This document shows, one piece after another, positions 1 through 10,026 of a stretch of DNA of 61,595 nucleotides. The DNA is from Clostridia bacterium. Lineage in GTDB: Bacteria; CBDUZB01; JAGLHV01. The notes beneath the pieces were generated by a model. It saw nothing but the letters and a program-made list of their open reading frames with translations. It did not search any database and was not told the origin of the DNA. Numbering within the stretch: the first letter of the stretch is position 1; each line of letters opens with the position of its first letter. The stretch is from contig DAOVVV010000012.1 of the NCBI GenBank assembly GCA_030637025.1, forward strand, positions 1 to 61,595, read 5' to 3'. Position numbers and translations under genes: made by a program.

Positions 1-332
1 ATACCAAATAATAATTCTGAACCGATCATTATTTTCAGTGCGTCTTTGTTGCTATTGAAATATACAACAATTTATTTAACTGTCCCTTCAAGTGTAGCCC
101 AGATATCCTTTTCTGTAAAGAAAAAAATTTCATTTAGTATTTCATCTATTTTACCTGCTAAATCTAATAAAAGCTCAATATATAAATCTTCTTTATTCTT
201 AAAATAAAGATACAGTGTGCCCTGTGCTATGCCGGCTTTTTCGGCTATTTCTTTTATGCCGGCTGAATGAAAACCTTTATTAGCAATTACCTTTCTTGCA
301 CTTCTTAATATTTTTTCTCGCATAACAATCAT
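1..332 (-). pseudogene. TetR/AcrR family transcriptional regulator with premature in-frame TAA (72-74); runs off window start
   Basis: TetR HTH (KGFHSAGIKEIAEKAGIAQGTLYLYFKNKEDL). ATG at 332 with GGGAG RBS. After the TAA the same frame continues IVVYFNSNKDALKIMIGSELLFG to the window edge. Confidence 0.75.
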
Positions 333-351
333 TAATTTTCTCCCGCAATAA

Positions 352-371
352 ATGAATGAGCGTTCGTTCAT
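352..371. promoter_or_regulatory. Imperfect palindrome, likely TetR autoregulatory operator
   Basis: ATGAATGAGCGTTCGTTCAT, 20 bp upstream of the tetR start; typical TetR-operator geometry. Confidence 0.55.
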
Positions 372-717
372 ACTACTTTAGATTAGAGTACCTGTAAAAC
401 ATATTTTTCCCCAAGGACAAGTTGCGTACTAACTTGACTAATTGTAAAACTGTTGTTTTCCTTGAGCCATGCCAATAGCGAAAGCAAGGGCAGTGTTTGT
501 GAATTTAGGGATAGATTATCTTGGTTTAAGCGGAAGCAGGTTTGAAAAATAATTGAAAGTAAGTTCAGGTGGAATAAGCAAATTATACAGAAGAGGGGAA
601 GAAGCAATTAAAAACGAATCGGGAGGAATACAAATAATAATTAGTTCCTAAAGTACGCAACGTCTCCTATATCTATGTCCACAGAAATGAATTAAAATTA
701 GCGGTTATACATTTAAT

Positions 718-2298
718 TTACTTTTTATAATTTTTGGACTTAATTATTTTAAGAAATATTTTAACTATTTTCGGATCAAAGCGTGAATTAGAAGCTTCTT
801 CGATAATTTTCAACGCTTTTTTTTCCGAAAGAGCTTTACGATAGGGCCTATTAGAAATTAGAGCCTGATAAACATTGACAACAGAAATAATTCTTGACTC
901 TAAAGGAATCTCTGTTCCTTTCAATTGATGGGGATATCCAGAACCGTCAAACTTTTCACGATAAGAAAGTATAATCGGGACTACTTCTTTTAAAAAATAT
1001 ACACTTTTTATAATTTCTGCCCCTGTTTGAGGCGTTGTCTTTATTTGCTCATATTCATCCTCACACAGTTTACCCTTTTTATTCAAAAGCTGTTCAGAAA
1101 TTCCCATTTTACCCAAAATATGAAGTCTGGCGGCGTGTTTTAAATTTGTCATTTCTTTTTCCGGAAGATTCAAGTTTTTGCCTATTTGTTCACTAATAAG
1201 GACCATATTTTCCATTTGTTCATCCGTATATTTATCTTTGGCTCCTATAATTTTAGCAAAAGCATAAATTGATTGCAACATAGAGTGATTAACCCTTTCT
1301 TCCATTTTTAAAAATTTTTCTTTTAACTTAGATATATTTTTCTTTCCTCCGTTATTAGTTATTTCTTCCACTTCTTTTTTATTCATCATATCCAATGTAT
1401 ATATATTGCCTTTTTCCACTTCCTTTGCATAACGCAGAACCTGGTCAACTAAATCCAAAAGAGAGTCCTTTTCTGTAATCTTATCCTCCGGAAAACTGAC
1501 TATGCCCATAGTTGCCTTGATTTTTATCTTCCTGTCGTTTTTATCGAAAACATGTTTTTCCATATTTCTCTTTAACCTTTTCCCCACTTTCAAAGCACCT
1601 TTTTTATTAGTATCAGTTAAAATAAATATAAACTCTTCGCCTCCATATCTAACAATTATATCATTTTCTCTAGCAAAATTTTTAAAAAATTGTGCTAATT
1701 CTTTTAAGATATTATTCCCATATTGATGTCCGTATATGTCGTTTATAGATTTAAAATAATCTATGTCTAACATTATCAAAGAAAGTGACAACGAAAATCT
1801 TTTTGCCCTTTTAAATTCCGAAGAAAGCCTTTCTCTTAAATATCTATAATTATAAAGGCCTGTCAGTGAATCTTTTACACTCAACAGCTTTAATTTTTCA
1901 AGCAAATCCTTGTTGTCTAAACTAAGCTCCTGCATCTTAACAGCCCTTTTGATTATCAATTTTAATTGATCAATATTCAGAGGTTTTTGTATATAAGCAA
2001 AAGCCCCTTTATTTATTGCAGAAATTGAAGTTTCCAAAGAAGCATATCCTGTGAGGATTAATACTATTATATCCTCACTTATCCTCTTTGTCATTTCGAG
2101 TAAATCCAAACCTGATCCATCAGGTAATTTTAGGTCGGCTAAAATAATATTATAAAATCTTTTTTTTAAATTTTTTTTAGCAAGTGCAAGATTTTCAACT
2201 ATTGTTATTTTATAATTTTCGTTGCTCAGTATATCTTGTAATATCTCTCCGCCTTGAATGTCGTCATCGACTATAAGAATATAGGTATCTTTTTTCAT
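718..2298 (-). CDS. Response regulator receiver + GGDEF diguanylate cyclase + degenerate HD-GYP domain
   Basis: ILIVDDD/DLKLPD REC domain; RENDIIVRYGGEEF (I-site and active site); C-terminal DGSGYP domain. ATG 2298 follows CAGGAG. Confidence 0.92.
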   Translation of the reverse strand: MKKDTYILIVDDDIQGGEILQDILSNENYKITIVENLALAKKNLKKRFYNIILADLKLPDGSGLDLLEMTKRISEDIIVLILTGYASLETSISAINKGAFAYIQKPLNIDQLKLIIKRAVKMQELSLDNKDLLEKLKLLSVKDSLTGLYNYRYLRERLSSEFKRAKRFSLSLSLIMLDIDYFKSINDIYGHQYGNNILKELAQFFKNFARENDIIVRYGGEEFIFILTDTNKKGALKVGKRLKRNMEKHVFDKNDRKIKIKATMGIVSFPEDKITEKDSLLDLVDQVLRYAKEVEKGNIYTLDMMNKKEVEEITNNGGKKNISKLKEKFLKMEERVNHSMLQSIYAFAKIIGAKDKYTDEQMENMVLISEQIGKNLNLPEKEMTNLKHAARLHILGKMGISEQLLNKKGKLCEDEYEQIKTTPQTGAEIIKSVYFLKEVVPIILSYREKFDGSGYPHQLKGTEIPLESRIISVVNVYQALISNRPYRKALSEKKALKIIEEASNSRFDPKIVKIFLKIIKSKNYKK

Positions 2299-2718
2299 TG
2301 CCTTTTTCTCCTGATGTGTGATAATTAATAAATTATAACACATTATGAAATAAATTTCAAAAATTAATTTATGAAAGTAGTGTCAAGATTTATTCTGACT
2401 TTCATTTTTAAGGGAAACATAGGGGACATGATAGGGGTTCTCTTATGACATTTTTTATTATATAACGTAGCTCGAAGTTTTAAAGTATGAGTAGAAGAAA
2501 CGGGAAGTGTATTAGTTTTGTTGGCGAGTAAATATCTGAAGTAACCAGGTGTGAAGTTAGGGAAGTTCTTGGGGATTGGATCAGGTGCAAGAAATATAAC
2601 AAAAGAAAAAGGAAGTTTTTTTGTGTAGGAAAAAATGGATTGAAGGATAGACCCTTCGATAAATTAAAACTTTAAACAACATTCCCTATATGCTCCAAAA
2701 GACAGTTTGTTTTTTTTC

Positions 2719-2764
2719 TTGACAACCACCATAAAATATAGTTATATAAACATAAAATATGGTT
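2719..2764 (+). promoter_or_regulatory. Sigma70-like promoter overlapped by two 14-bp direct repeats (putative operators)
   Basis: TTGACA at 2719. CATAAAATAT(A/G)GTT at 2730-2743 and 2751-2764 (21-bp period). Confidence 0.55.
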
Positions 2765-2783
2765 GTAAAAATTGGAGGCAATT

Positions 2784-3110
2784 ATGCTTGAACCTATTTT
2801 AGGAAATAGTACTGTGGAAAAAATTCTTCTTTTTCTTTCTGTTTACGGCGAAGGATATGGTACAAAAATGTCGGATACATTTAAGATTTCATTAAATGGA
2901 ATACAGCAACAGTTAAAGCGATTGGAAGATGGAGGTGTTTTAGTAAGTCAATTAAAGGGAAAAACAAGAATTTATAAATTCAATCCCCGATATTTTTTTC
3001 TGAAAGAATTAAAAAGTCTTCTGGAGAAAGCTTTGAAAGTGTTATCTGAAACGGAATTAAAGAAATATTATCGCCAGAGAACAAGACCGAGAAGAAAAGG
3101 AAAACCGTGA
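2784..3110 (+). CDS. Winged helix-turn-helix DNA-binding protein (putative antitoxin/regulator)
   Basis: wHTH pattern SLNGIQQQLKRLEDGGVLVSQLKGKTRIYKFN; GGAGG RBS; overlaps next gene by GTGA. Confidence 0.75.
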   Translation: MLEPILGNSTVEKILLFLSVYGEGYGTKMSDTFKISLNGIQQQLKRLEDGGVLVSQLKGKTRIYKFNPRYFFLKELKSLLEKALKVLSETELKKYYRQRTRPRRKGKP

Positions 3111-3664
3111 AAAGAAAAATAAATTGGAGAAAGATAGACATAAAAGATTTAGCGTGTTTAATATCTGAGCATTTAAGAAAAAATAATATTGAAACTGTTC
3201 TTGTCGGGGAAGCTTGTGTTTCTATTTACTCCAACAATGAATATCTTTCATATGATCTTGATTTTGTAACGGAGAATACAATCAGAGAAATTAAACCAAT
3301 TTTAGAAGAAATAGGGTTTAAGCAAAAAAGTACGCGTCATTTTATAAGGAAAGATTGTTTATATTACATTGAATTGATTGCTTCTCCAGTAGCTATAGGG
3401 AACGATGAAGCAATAACAACATTTAAAAAGCTGAAAACAAAGAAAGGGGTGGTAGTATTGCTCACAGAAACTGATTGTGTTAAAGATAGGCTTGCAGCGT
3501 ATTATCATTGGAATGATCCTCAGTCATTAGAGCAGGCAGTAATGATAACTAAAAAACACGGGGTTGATTTGCAGGATATTAAAAAGTGGTCAGTAAAAGA
3601 AAAAGCAAAAGAAAAATTTGATAAATTTAAAAAGCTTTTAGATAACGAGAAAAAAGTCATTTAA
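3107..3664 (+). CDS. Nucleotidyltransferase-like protein (AbiEii-like; putative toxin)
   Basis: VLVGEACVSIY...SYDLDFV resembles the pol-beta NTase hG[GS]...DxD motif; translationally coupled to the wHTH gene. Confidence 0.6.
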   Translation: MKRKINWRKIDIKDLACLISEHLRKNNIETVLVGEACVSIYSNNEYLSYDLDFVTENTIREIKPILEEIGFKQKSTRHFIRKDCLYYIELIASPVAIGNDEAITTFKKLKTKKGVVVLLTETDCVKDRLAAYYHWNDPQSLEQAVMITKKHGVDLQDIKKWSVKEKAKEKFDKFKKLLDNEKKVI

Positions 3665-3712
3665 AAATAAATCGACAAAATAAGAAGAATTATGTTATAT
3701 TAAACATATTAA

Positions 3713-3817
3713 ACTAGGATTTGTTCTTCTTGCCAAACAGAAGTGCCATTTAAAGCAGGTTTCCGGGTTTCATCGTTAAAGTGTCCAAAATGCGGTAAGC
3801 TTATGGGTAAGAAATAA
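3713..3817 (+). pseudogene. Start-less fragment of a small zinc-ribbon protein
   Basis: Frame reads TRICSSCQTEVPFKAGFRVSSLKCPKCGKLMGKK* (two CxxC motifs); upstream in-frame TAA and no start codon. Confidence 0.4.
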
Positions 3818-4008
3818 ACTCTTCACAAGTATAAAAAGAAAGAAAAACAAAGGGGGGGGAAGCAACCGTCCCCTATGTTTTATGTCAGTAAAATTTTTTA
3901 TAAAGGCGGTAAAACTATGTAAAAAATTTTCTTGATTTTTTGTTACAGAAATTAAAAATATTTGTAGATAAGCAGAAAACTGTTTTTTTAAAAAAAAGGA
4001 GGTTTACC

Positions 4009-6105
4009 TTGGAAATTATCAAAAGAGCAGTACTGTTATTATTAATGTTGAATTTATTTACGCCGCGTGTATTTGCTAGCGGAGAAGGAGTATTTACGGA
4101 ATTAGCGCTTTTTGGAGAAGAAGATTTGGTAGTAACTGCAGCCCGGTATGAACAGAAAGCAAGTGAGGCCCCGGCAGTTATTGAGGTAATAACAGCGGAT
4201 GAGATTAAGAAAAGTGGCGCTACAAATTTAATTGATCTATTAAGTCACCTGCCAGGTGCTTTTGAATCTCTGGCTATGTCAGGACGTGTGGGTCTAATTT
4301 TTAGAGGACAGAACTTCGGAGCAATTAAGTTTATGATTGATGGACATCCAATCAATCAGCTTTTATACGGTGATTTTGACAATTGGGTCAAAATGGATTT
4401 AGATATAGTTAAGCAGATTGAGGTGATAAGGGGGCCTGGTTCTGCATTATATGGAACTGATGCATTTAGTGGAGTGATTAATATAATTACCAAAAAAGGC
4501 AGTGACATAAATGGGGTAGAGGTTAACATCAAAGGCGGAAGTTTTGAAACCGGGGGGGGAAGTATTCTTATTGGCAATAAGATCAAAGATGATTTAACTT
4601 ATAAACTTTTTTTTCAGCATACAAAAAGCGATGGTTCGGGGTGCGAATTAGAATACGATATTTTACAGGGGACACCTTTTACACTATGTCCGGGAAAAAT
4701 GCACGAAGGATTTGATATTACAACTGTATCCTTAGGTGTAGAAAATACTGATTTTTATGTGCGTGCTATGTATTTAAAATCGGCAAAAGACAACTTGATT
4801 GGTGCTATGTTTGCTTTGGTAGACGACTCGGAGGTTTCCACCAATGAATACTTTATTGAAGGGGCGTATGTTTTTAAAGTCAATGAAAATACAGCTTTTA
4901 CCCCCAAAGTATATTATCATTATTGGGACAATAAACAGCTGGATGGCGTACTTTTACCAAAGGGATATTATATGATCGTTCCTTCTATGCCCCCTTATAT
5001 TCCCCAAGATTTTAATGCAGATGGTATATTAGAGTATTGGCCTGAAGGTGCATTAGCTGTGGCTGGAGAGAAGGAGGAACTTTATGGAATAGAACTTAAA
5101 TTAGAAATGCCGTTAACTGATGCAGGGAAATTTATAGGAGGCATATTTTTTGAGGGAACTAAAGTCTTTGATGTTGTTACAAAGGCAAACATAGATCCGG
5201 TTTATTTTTTCAATTTAGGAACATTTATGGATATAAGCGACACCCGTAATTTTAATGCCGGGGGAGAAAGAACTGTATATGGTAGCTTTGCTCAGGTTGA
5301 CTGGAAATTAAAGGATAACCTGAGTACTATTGTAGGTGCCCGGTATGACCACTATGATGATTTTGGAGATACATTCAATCCCCGCTGCGGATTAGTTTGG
5401 GAATTTAATGAGAAAGGGAATGTCAAACTTCTCTATGGAAGTGCGTTTAGAGCGCCTACTTTCGGTCAATTATATAATCAGAACCAGCCGGTAGTTATGG
5501 GAAACAAAGACCTTAAGCCGGAAAAGATTCAGACTGGTGAAATATCTTTAAATTACACCCCTATAAATAAATTGAATACAGTTTTAACTGTTTTTAAAAG
5601 TACGATAAGGGATGGAATTGGAATGGATACTTCATCAAAAATTCTTCCCACAGATCCAGCTAAATGGGGCAATATTCTTGAATTAGATTCCAGCGGAGTA
5701 GAAACTGAAGCAAAATATTATCTTTGGGAAAAGACATATTTATACGGCAGTTTTACTTATATTGAGAGTGAAAAAGGAAGCGAAGAAATGGAAAATGTTC
5801 CACAGAATTCCGGAAGTTTCGGCCTAAATATTAACTTTGCTAAACATTACAACTGGAATACAATGCTGTACTATACAGGAGAGAAACCCAGGGATGTTGC
5901 TGGCGGAGATACAAGAGATCCGCTTTCTTCTTATACTTTAGTAGATACTGCTTTTTTGATTGAAGGTCTTATAAAAGATATGGATATTAAATTTATTGTA
6001 AAGAATCTGTTTGATGAGAAATATTACTATCCAGGCACAATAGCAACATCGGATTATACACGACCAGGAATAAGTTTCTATGCAAGCATGGGGTATAAGT
6101 TTTAA
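4009..6105 (+). CDS. TonB-dependent outer membrane receptor
   Basis: Plug motif VVTAAR...IEVIRGPGSALYG, GARYDHY, C-terminal MGYKF. TTG start after AGGAGG, followed by a signal peptide. Confidence 0.93.
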   Translation: MEIIKRAVLLLLMLNLFTPRVFASGEGVFTELALFGEEDLVVTAARYEQKASEAPAVIEVITADEIKKSGATNLIDLLSHLPGAFESLAMSGRVGLIFRGQNFGAIKFMIDGHPINQLLYGDFDNWVKMDLDIVKQIEVIRGPGSALYGTDAFSGVINIITKKGSDINGVEVNIKGGSFETGGGSILIGNKIKDDLTYKLFFQHTKSDGSGCELEYDILQGTPFTLCPGKMHEGFDITTVSLGVENTDFYVRAMYLKSAKDNLIGAMFALVDDSEVSTNEYFIEGAYVFKVNENTAFTPKVYYHYWDNKQLDGVLLPKGYYMIVPSMPPYIPQDFNADGILEYWPEGALAVAGEKEELYGIELKLEMPLTDAGKFIGGIFFEGTKVFDVVTKANIDPVYFFNLGTFMDISDTRNFNAGGERTVYGSFAQVDWKLKDNLSTIVGARYDHYDDFGDTFNPRCGLVWEFNEKGNVKLLYGSAFRAPTFGQLYNQNQPVVMGNKDLKPEKIQTGEISLNYTPINKLNTVLTVFKSTIRDGIGMDTSSKILPTDPAKWGNILELDSSGVETEAKYYLWEKTYLYGSFTYIESEKGSEEMENVPQNSGSFGLNINFAKHYNWNTMLYYTGEKPRDVAGGDTRDPLSSYTLVDTAFLIEGLIKDMDIKFIVKNLFDEKYYYPGTIATSDYTRPGISFYASMGYKF

Positions 6106-6326
6106 AATTTATTAATATTAGAGGACGGATAGATATTTGTGATATTTTACATCATTACTGTCATTGTCCAATTAATTTTTGTTTGGGATGGTATCTGAAA
6201 GCCGGAATAATCGTTTTTTCTCATGATTGACTGGTAGTTTTTTACCACAAAGCATGGCGGACAAATTGCCGGTTTGCCCGCCTATATTTCTATGTTTCAA
6301 TCTTTATATTTAAAGGAGGTTTTATT

Positions 6327-6920
6327 TTGCAATTTAAAGCTTTTGAGCAAGATATTGAAGTAAATGGTACGACTGTAAATGCAATAGTAGATGGTTTAGG
6401 TCGATATAAAAGCTTAGCAAAGAAATATTTATTAGGTGTAGGAATTGGTATAGAAGAAAATGGTGAGCTCAAAATTGAAAAGGAAGGATGGTATTCTCAT
6501 GATAGTTGGTTAAAATCATTTGAGGAAATAGCCAAAGAAATTGGTGATGCAACATTACAAATAATCGGCATGAAAATTCCTGAAAATGCAATTTTTCCTT
6601 CAGGGGTTAAGGACATTGATAGTGCGATAAAGTCAATAGATATAGCTTATCATCTAAATCATAGAAAAAATGGGAAGGTGTTATTTGATATTAATACAGG
6701 TAAAATGGAAGAAGGAATCGGTCATTATGGATATGAAAAAATTGAAAATAGAAATATGATAATTAGTGAATGTATGAATCCTTATCCTTGTGCATTTGAT
6801 TTTGGAATTATAATGGCAATGGCAAGAAAATTCGAAATAAAAGCAAATATTGCACATGACGATTCAAAACCATGTAGAAAAAATGGAGCTGACAGTTGTA
6901 CATACATTATTACATGGTAG
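6327..6920 (+). CDS. Conserved hypothetical protein, V4R-like small-ligand-binding fold
   Basis: NPYPCAFDFGII and C-terminal H..PCRKNGADSCTYIITW resemble V4R Cys motifs; AAGGAGG RBS. Confidence 0.55.
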   Translation: MQFKAFEQDIEVNGTTVNAIVDGLGRYKSLAKKYLLGVGIGIEENGELKIEKEGWYSHDSWLKSFEEIAKEIGDATLQIIGMKIPENAIFPSGVKDIDSAIKSIDIAYHLNHRKNGKVLFDINTGKMEEGIGHYGYEKIENRNMIISECMNPYPCAFDFGIIMAMARKFEIKANIAHDDSKPCRKNGADSCTYIITW

Positions 6921-7080
6921 AAAAAGCTCGTAGGAAAAAGGGTACGTTATTAAATAGTTAAATAACAATTTACATGAATTTGCTTAAATCTGATAGCCAA
7001 AAAATTAGTAGTTGAGGTAGTGAAATTAAAGAGAAATAGAAGGGGTAAAAATATTACATTTTACGGAGGATGATTTTTAC

Positions 7081-7923
7081 ATGGTTGAAATAGGAAAACT
7101 AAATAAGCTAAGGGTAGTCAAGAGAGTTGATTTTGGAATTTATCTTGACGGGGAAGATTTTGGTGAAATTTTACTTCCCCGCAGATATGTGCCGGAGAAT
7201 TGTGAAATCGATGACATTATAGAAGTTTTTGTCTATTTTGATTCCGAAGACCGTATTATTGCCACTACCGAAAAACCTTATGCGATGGTGGGTCAGTTTG
7301 CTTTGTTAAAGGTTATTTCGGTTAATTCTGTTGGGGCATTTATTGATTGGGGTTTACCCAAAGATTTGCTGGTACCTTTTCGTGAACAAAAGCAAAAAAT
7401 GGAAGAAGGCAAATCATATGTTGTTTTTATCTACCTCGACAAAAGTAAACGTATTGTCGCTTCTTCGAAACTGGATAAATTTCTTGACACTATGCCGATT
7501 AATTTTCAGGAAGGGCAGGAAGTGGAACTGTTAGTATGCTGTCAGACCGATATTGGTTATAAAGCAATTATTAACGGATGCCATGGTGGTATTCTTTATA
7601 AAAACGAAGTGTTTCAAATATTAGAAAAAGGACAGCAAATAAAAGGGTTCATTAAAAAAGTGAGAGATGATAAAAAAATAGATCTCTGTCTGCATAAACC
7701 CGGCTATGAAAAGGTTGGTGATTTGTCGGAAAGAATTATTGACACCCTGAAAAAACGAGATGGGTTTATTTCAGTAGGAGATAAAAGTTCTCCGAAAATT
7801 ATTTATGACATGTTTGGAGTAAGTAAGAAAACATACAAAAAGGCAATAGGAGTTCTTTATAAAAAAAGGTTGATAACTTTTGAGGATAACGGCATAAAAC
7901 TACAGAAAAAGAGGGACATTTAG
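7081..7923 (+). CDS. cvfB: CvfB/YitL family S1 RNA-binding protein
   Basis: GIYLDG...ILLP, GAFIDWGLPKDLLVP, C-terminal wHTH SKKTYKKAIGVLYKKRLI. Confidence 0.9.
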   Translation: MVEIGKLNKLRVVKRVDFGIYLDGEDFGEILLPRRYVPENCEIDDIIEVFVYFDSEDRIIATTEKPYAMVGQFALLKVISVNSVGAFIDWGLPKDLLVPFREQKQKMEEGKSYVVFIYLDKSKRIVASSKLDKFLDTMPINFQEGQEVELLVCCQTDIGYKAIINGCHGGILYKNEVFQILEKGQQIKGFIKKVRDDKKIDLCLHKPGYEKVGDLSERIIDTLKKRDGFISVGDKSSPKIIYDMFGVSKKTYKKAIGVLYKKRLITFEDNGIKLQKKRDI

Positions 7924-8006
7924 CTAAAAAATTAGTAGTTGAGAGAATAGAATTAAAAAGAAACAGAAGGGGTGGGAAAAACATTGCTTATTAAGGATAC
8001 AAATAG

Positions 8007-8740
8007 ATGAATATTATAAAATCAAAGTCCAATCCTAAAATAAAAAATTTAAAAAAACTGATTGCAGACAGAAAACACAGGTATTCGAATAAGGAATATG
8101 TTATCGAGGGCGTTCGGGCGCTTGATGATGTGGATGTTATTAAGGAAATATTTGTTTGTTAGGGAAGAGCTATACCCAGGGTAATAGCGGGAAAGATTTA
8201 TATCGTAGAGAAAAATTGTTTTAAATATGTATCTTCAACAGAAAACAGTCAGGGAGTGATCGCGGTTGTCCCTTTAAATGTGCTGAACAGTTCGGAGATT
8301 AGAAAAGATTTGAAATATGTTTTATTGGATCGCTTGCAAGATCCGGGAAATATGGGAACAGTTATCCGTACTGCAGCCGCATTCAACTTAAACGGTATAA
8401 TTCTTACTCCTGGATGTGTTGATCCTTTTTCTCCCAAGACGGCAAGGGCATCGGCAGGATATATAACCAAAACAAATGTTATAAATATAAAAATATGGAT
8501 GAAATTAAAGGTTTTAATATAATCGGTGCTGATTTGAAAGGAGAAGATATTGCAGGGTTTCAATGGCCTGGGGGTTTCATTCTTTGTATTGGCAATGAAT
8601 CAGCAGGGCTGTCCGGTGAAGTAAAATCTTCTGCCAAAGCAATGGTTTCTATTCCTATCTCGAATTCTGTAGAATCGCTCAATGCCGGCATTTCTCTGGG
8701 AATTATTTTATATTGTGCCACCAGGGAAAAAGTAAAATAA
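8007..8740 (+). pseudogene. TrmH/SpoU family RNA methyltransferase, disrupted
   Basis: MNIIKSKSNPKIK...VIEG start; in-frame TAG at 8160-8162; LQDPGNMGTVIRTA motif; frameshift near 8490; then GNESAGLS and VESLNAG motifs. Confidence 0.85.
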
Positions 8741-8848
8741 GGAAAAACGGATAATTAATTTGAATGTAGAAATATTTAATAAAAGATTTTTTTTTTAGTT
8801 ATTGTTTTTGTTTCTTCTACAAAATTATTAAGTGGGGATGAGATTATA

Positions 8849-9823
8849 ATGAGTACAAATAAAATTCCAATAATCTATACCCAAGAGTATGATATTGGTT
8901 TATTTAATATTGAAAAATTACATCCGTTTGACACAGCAAAATATAGTAAGGTTTACAAATATCTTCTTGAAGAATGTGGTATTTCTAAAGAACAATTTTT
9001 TATGCCCCAAATAGCTTCGGATGAAGATTTATTATTAATTCACACCTCCCAATATTTAAATTCCCTGAAAAAATCCAAAAATATAGCAGAAATTGCAGAA
9101 ATGGGGATTTTGTCAATTATTCCTAATTTTATTTTAAGAAAAACAATACTTAGACCTATGAAATATGCTACAGGTGGTACTATATTAGGTTGTAAACTTG
9201 CGTTAAAATACGGTTGGGCAATAAATTTATCAGGTGGTTATCATCATGCAAAAGTCGATTCAGGTAGTGGATTTTGCTTTTTTGCGGATATTCCTATAGC
9301 GGTAAATAGATTAAAGGAAAATAATCCAAATCTTAAAATTTTAATAATTGATTTGGATGCACATCAAGGTAATGGTCTTGAAAGTGTTTTCAAAGATGAT
9401 CCAAAAGTATATATATTTGATGTATATAATGGATTTATTTATCCTCAAGATCACCGGGTAAAAAAATATATAGATTTTAATTATCCTGTTGAGATGGGTA
9501 TTAATGATATGCAATATTTGTCAATATTGTATAATCATCTTGCAGATGCAGTTGAAAAGGTCAAACCGGATATTATAATTTATAATGCAGGCACGGATAT
9601 TTATGAAAAAGATCCATTAGGTGCTTTAAATATTTCTATGCAGGGGATTATAAAAAGAGACGAAATAATTTTTAGAGAAGCTGTAGATAATGAAATTCCA
9701 ATATTAATGGTTTTATCCGGAGGTTATACTAAACAAAGTGCAGAAATTATTGGTAAATCAATAGAAAATATACTTAACAATGTGATTGAATATAACAAGA
9801 GAGATAAAAGACAAAAGAATTAA
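8849..9823 (+). CDS. Zn-dependent histone deacetylase family protein (HDAC11/class IV-like)
   Basis: HPFDTAKY, NLSGGYHHA, GFC, DLDAHQGNG, YNAGTD, SGGY motifs. Confidence 0.92.
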   Translation: MSTNKIPIIYTQEYDIGLFNIEKLHPFDTAKYSKVYKYLLEECGISKEQFFMPQIASDEDLLLIHTSQYLNSLKKSKNIAEIAEMGILSIIPNFILRKTILRPMKYATGGTILGCKLALKYGWAINLSGGYHHAKVDSGSGFCFFADIPIAVNRLKENNPNLKILIIDLDAHQGNGLESVFKDDPKVYIFDVYNGFIYPQDHRVKKYIDFNYPVEMGINDMQYLSILYNHLADAVEKVKPDIIIYNAGTDIYEKDPLGALNISMQGIIKRDEIIFREAVDNEIPILMVLSGGYTKQSAEIIGKSIENILNNVIEYNKRDKRQKN

Positions 9824-10026
9824 TTTCCCTTTCCCAAATCTTCCCCCCTTTTTTATTTTCTCCGTTCCACTGCTTGACAAATAAAAAAATCTGGGATAAA
9901 TTTATTAATGTCCCCTAAATTTGTCCTGAAGATAGTTGTTGGGGAAATAGATTATAATTTAAAAATCAGATGAGATAAAGAGTAATTCTATTATAAAAAA
10001 GAAAGGGCTAAATTTACCAAGACATT

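Noticed and set aside
383-607. 74-aa minus-strand ORF and the many short antisense ORFs overlapping longer genes (e.g. 59961-60575, 22253-22621)
   Set aside because: No recognisable motifs or RBS; they are shadow frames of real genes or of AT-rich intergenic DNA
3820-4008. Cobalamin riboswitch or Fur box upstream of the TonB-dependent receptor
   Set aside because: No B12-box or convincing GATAATGAT palindrome found
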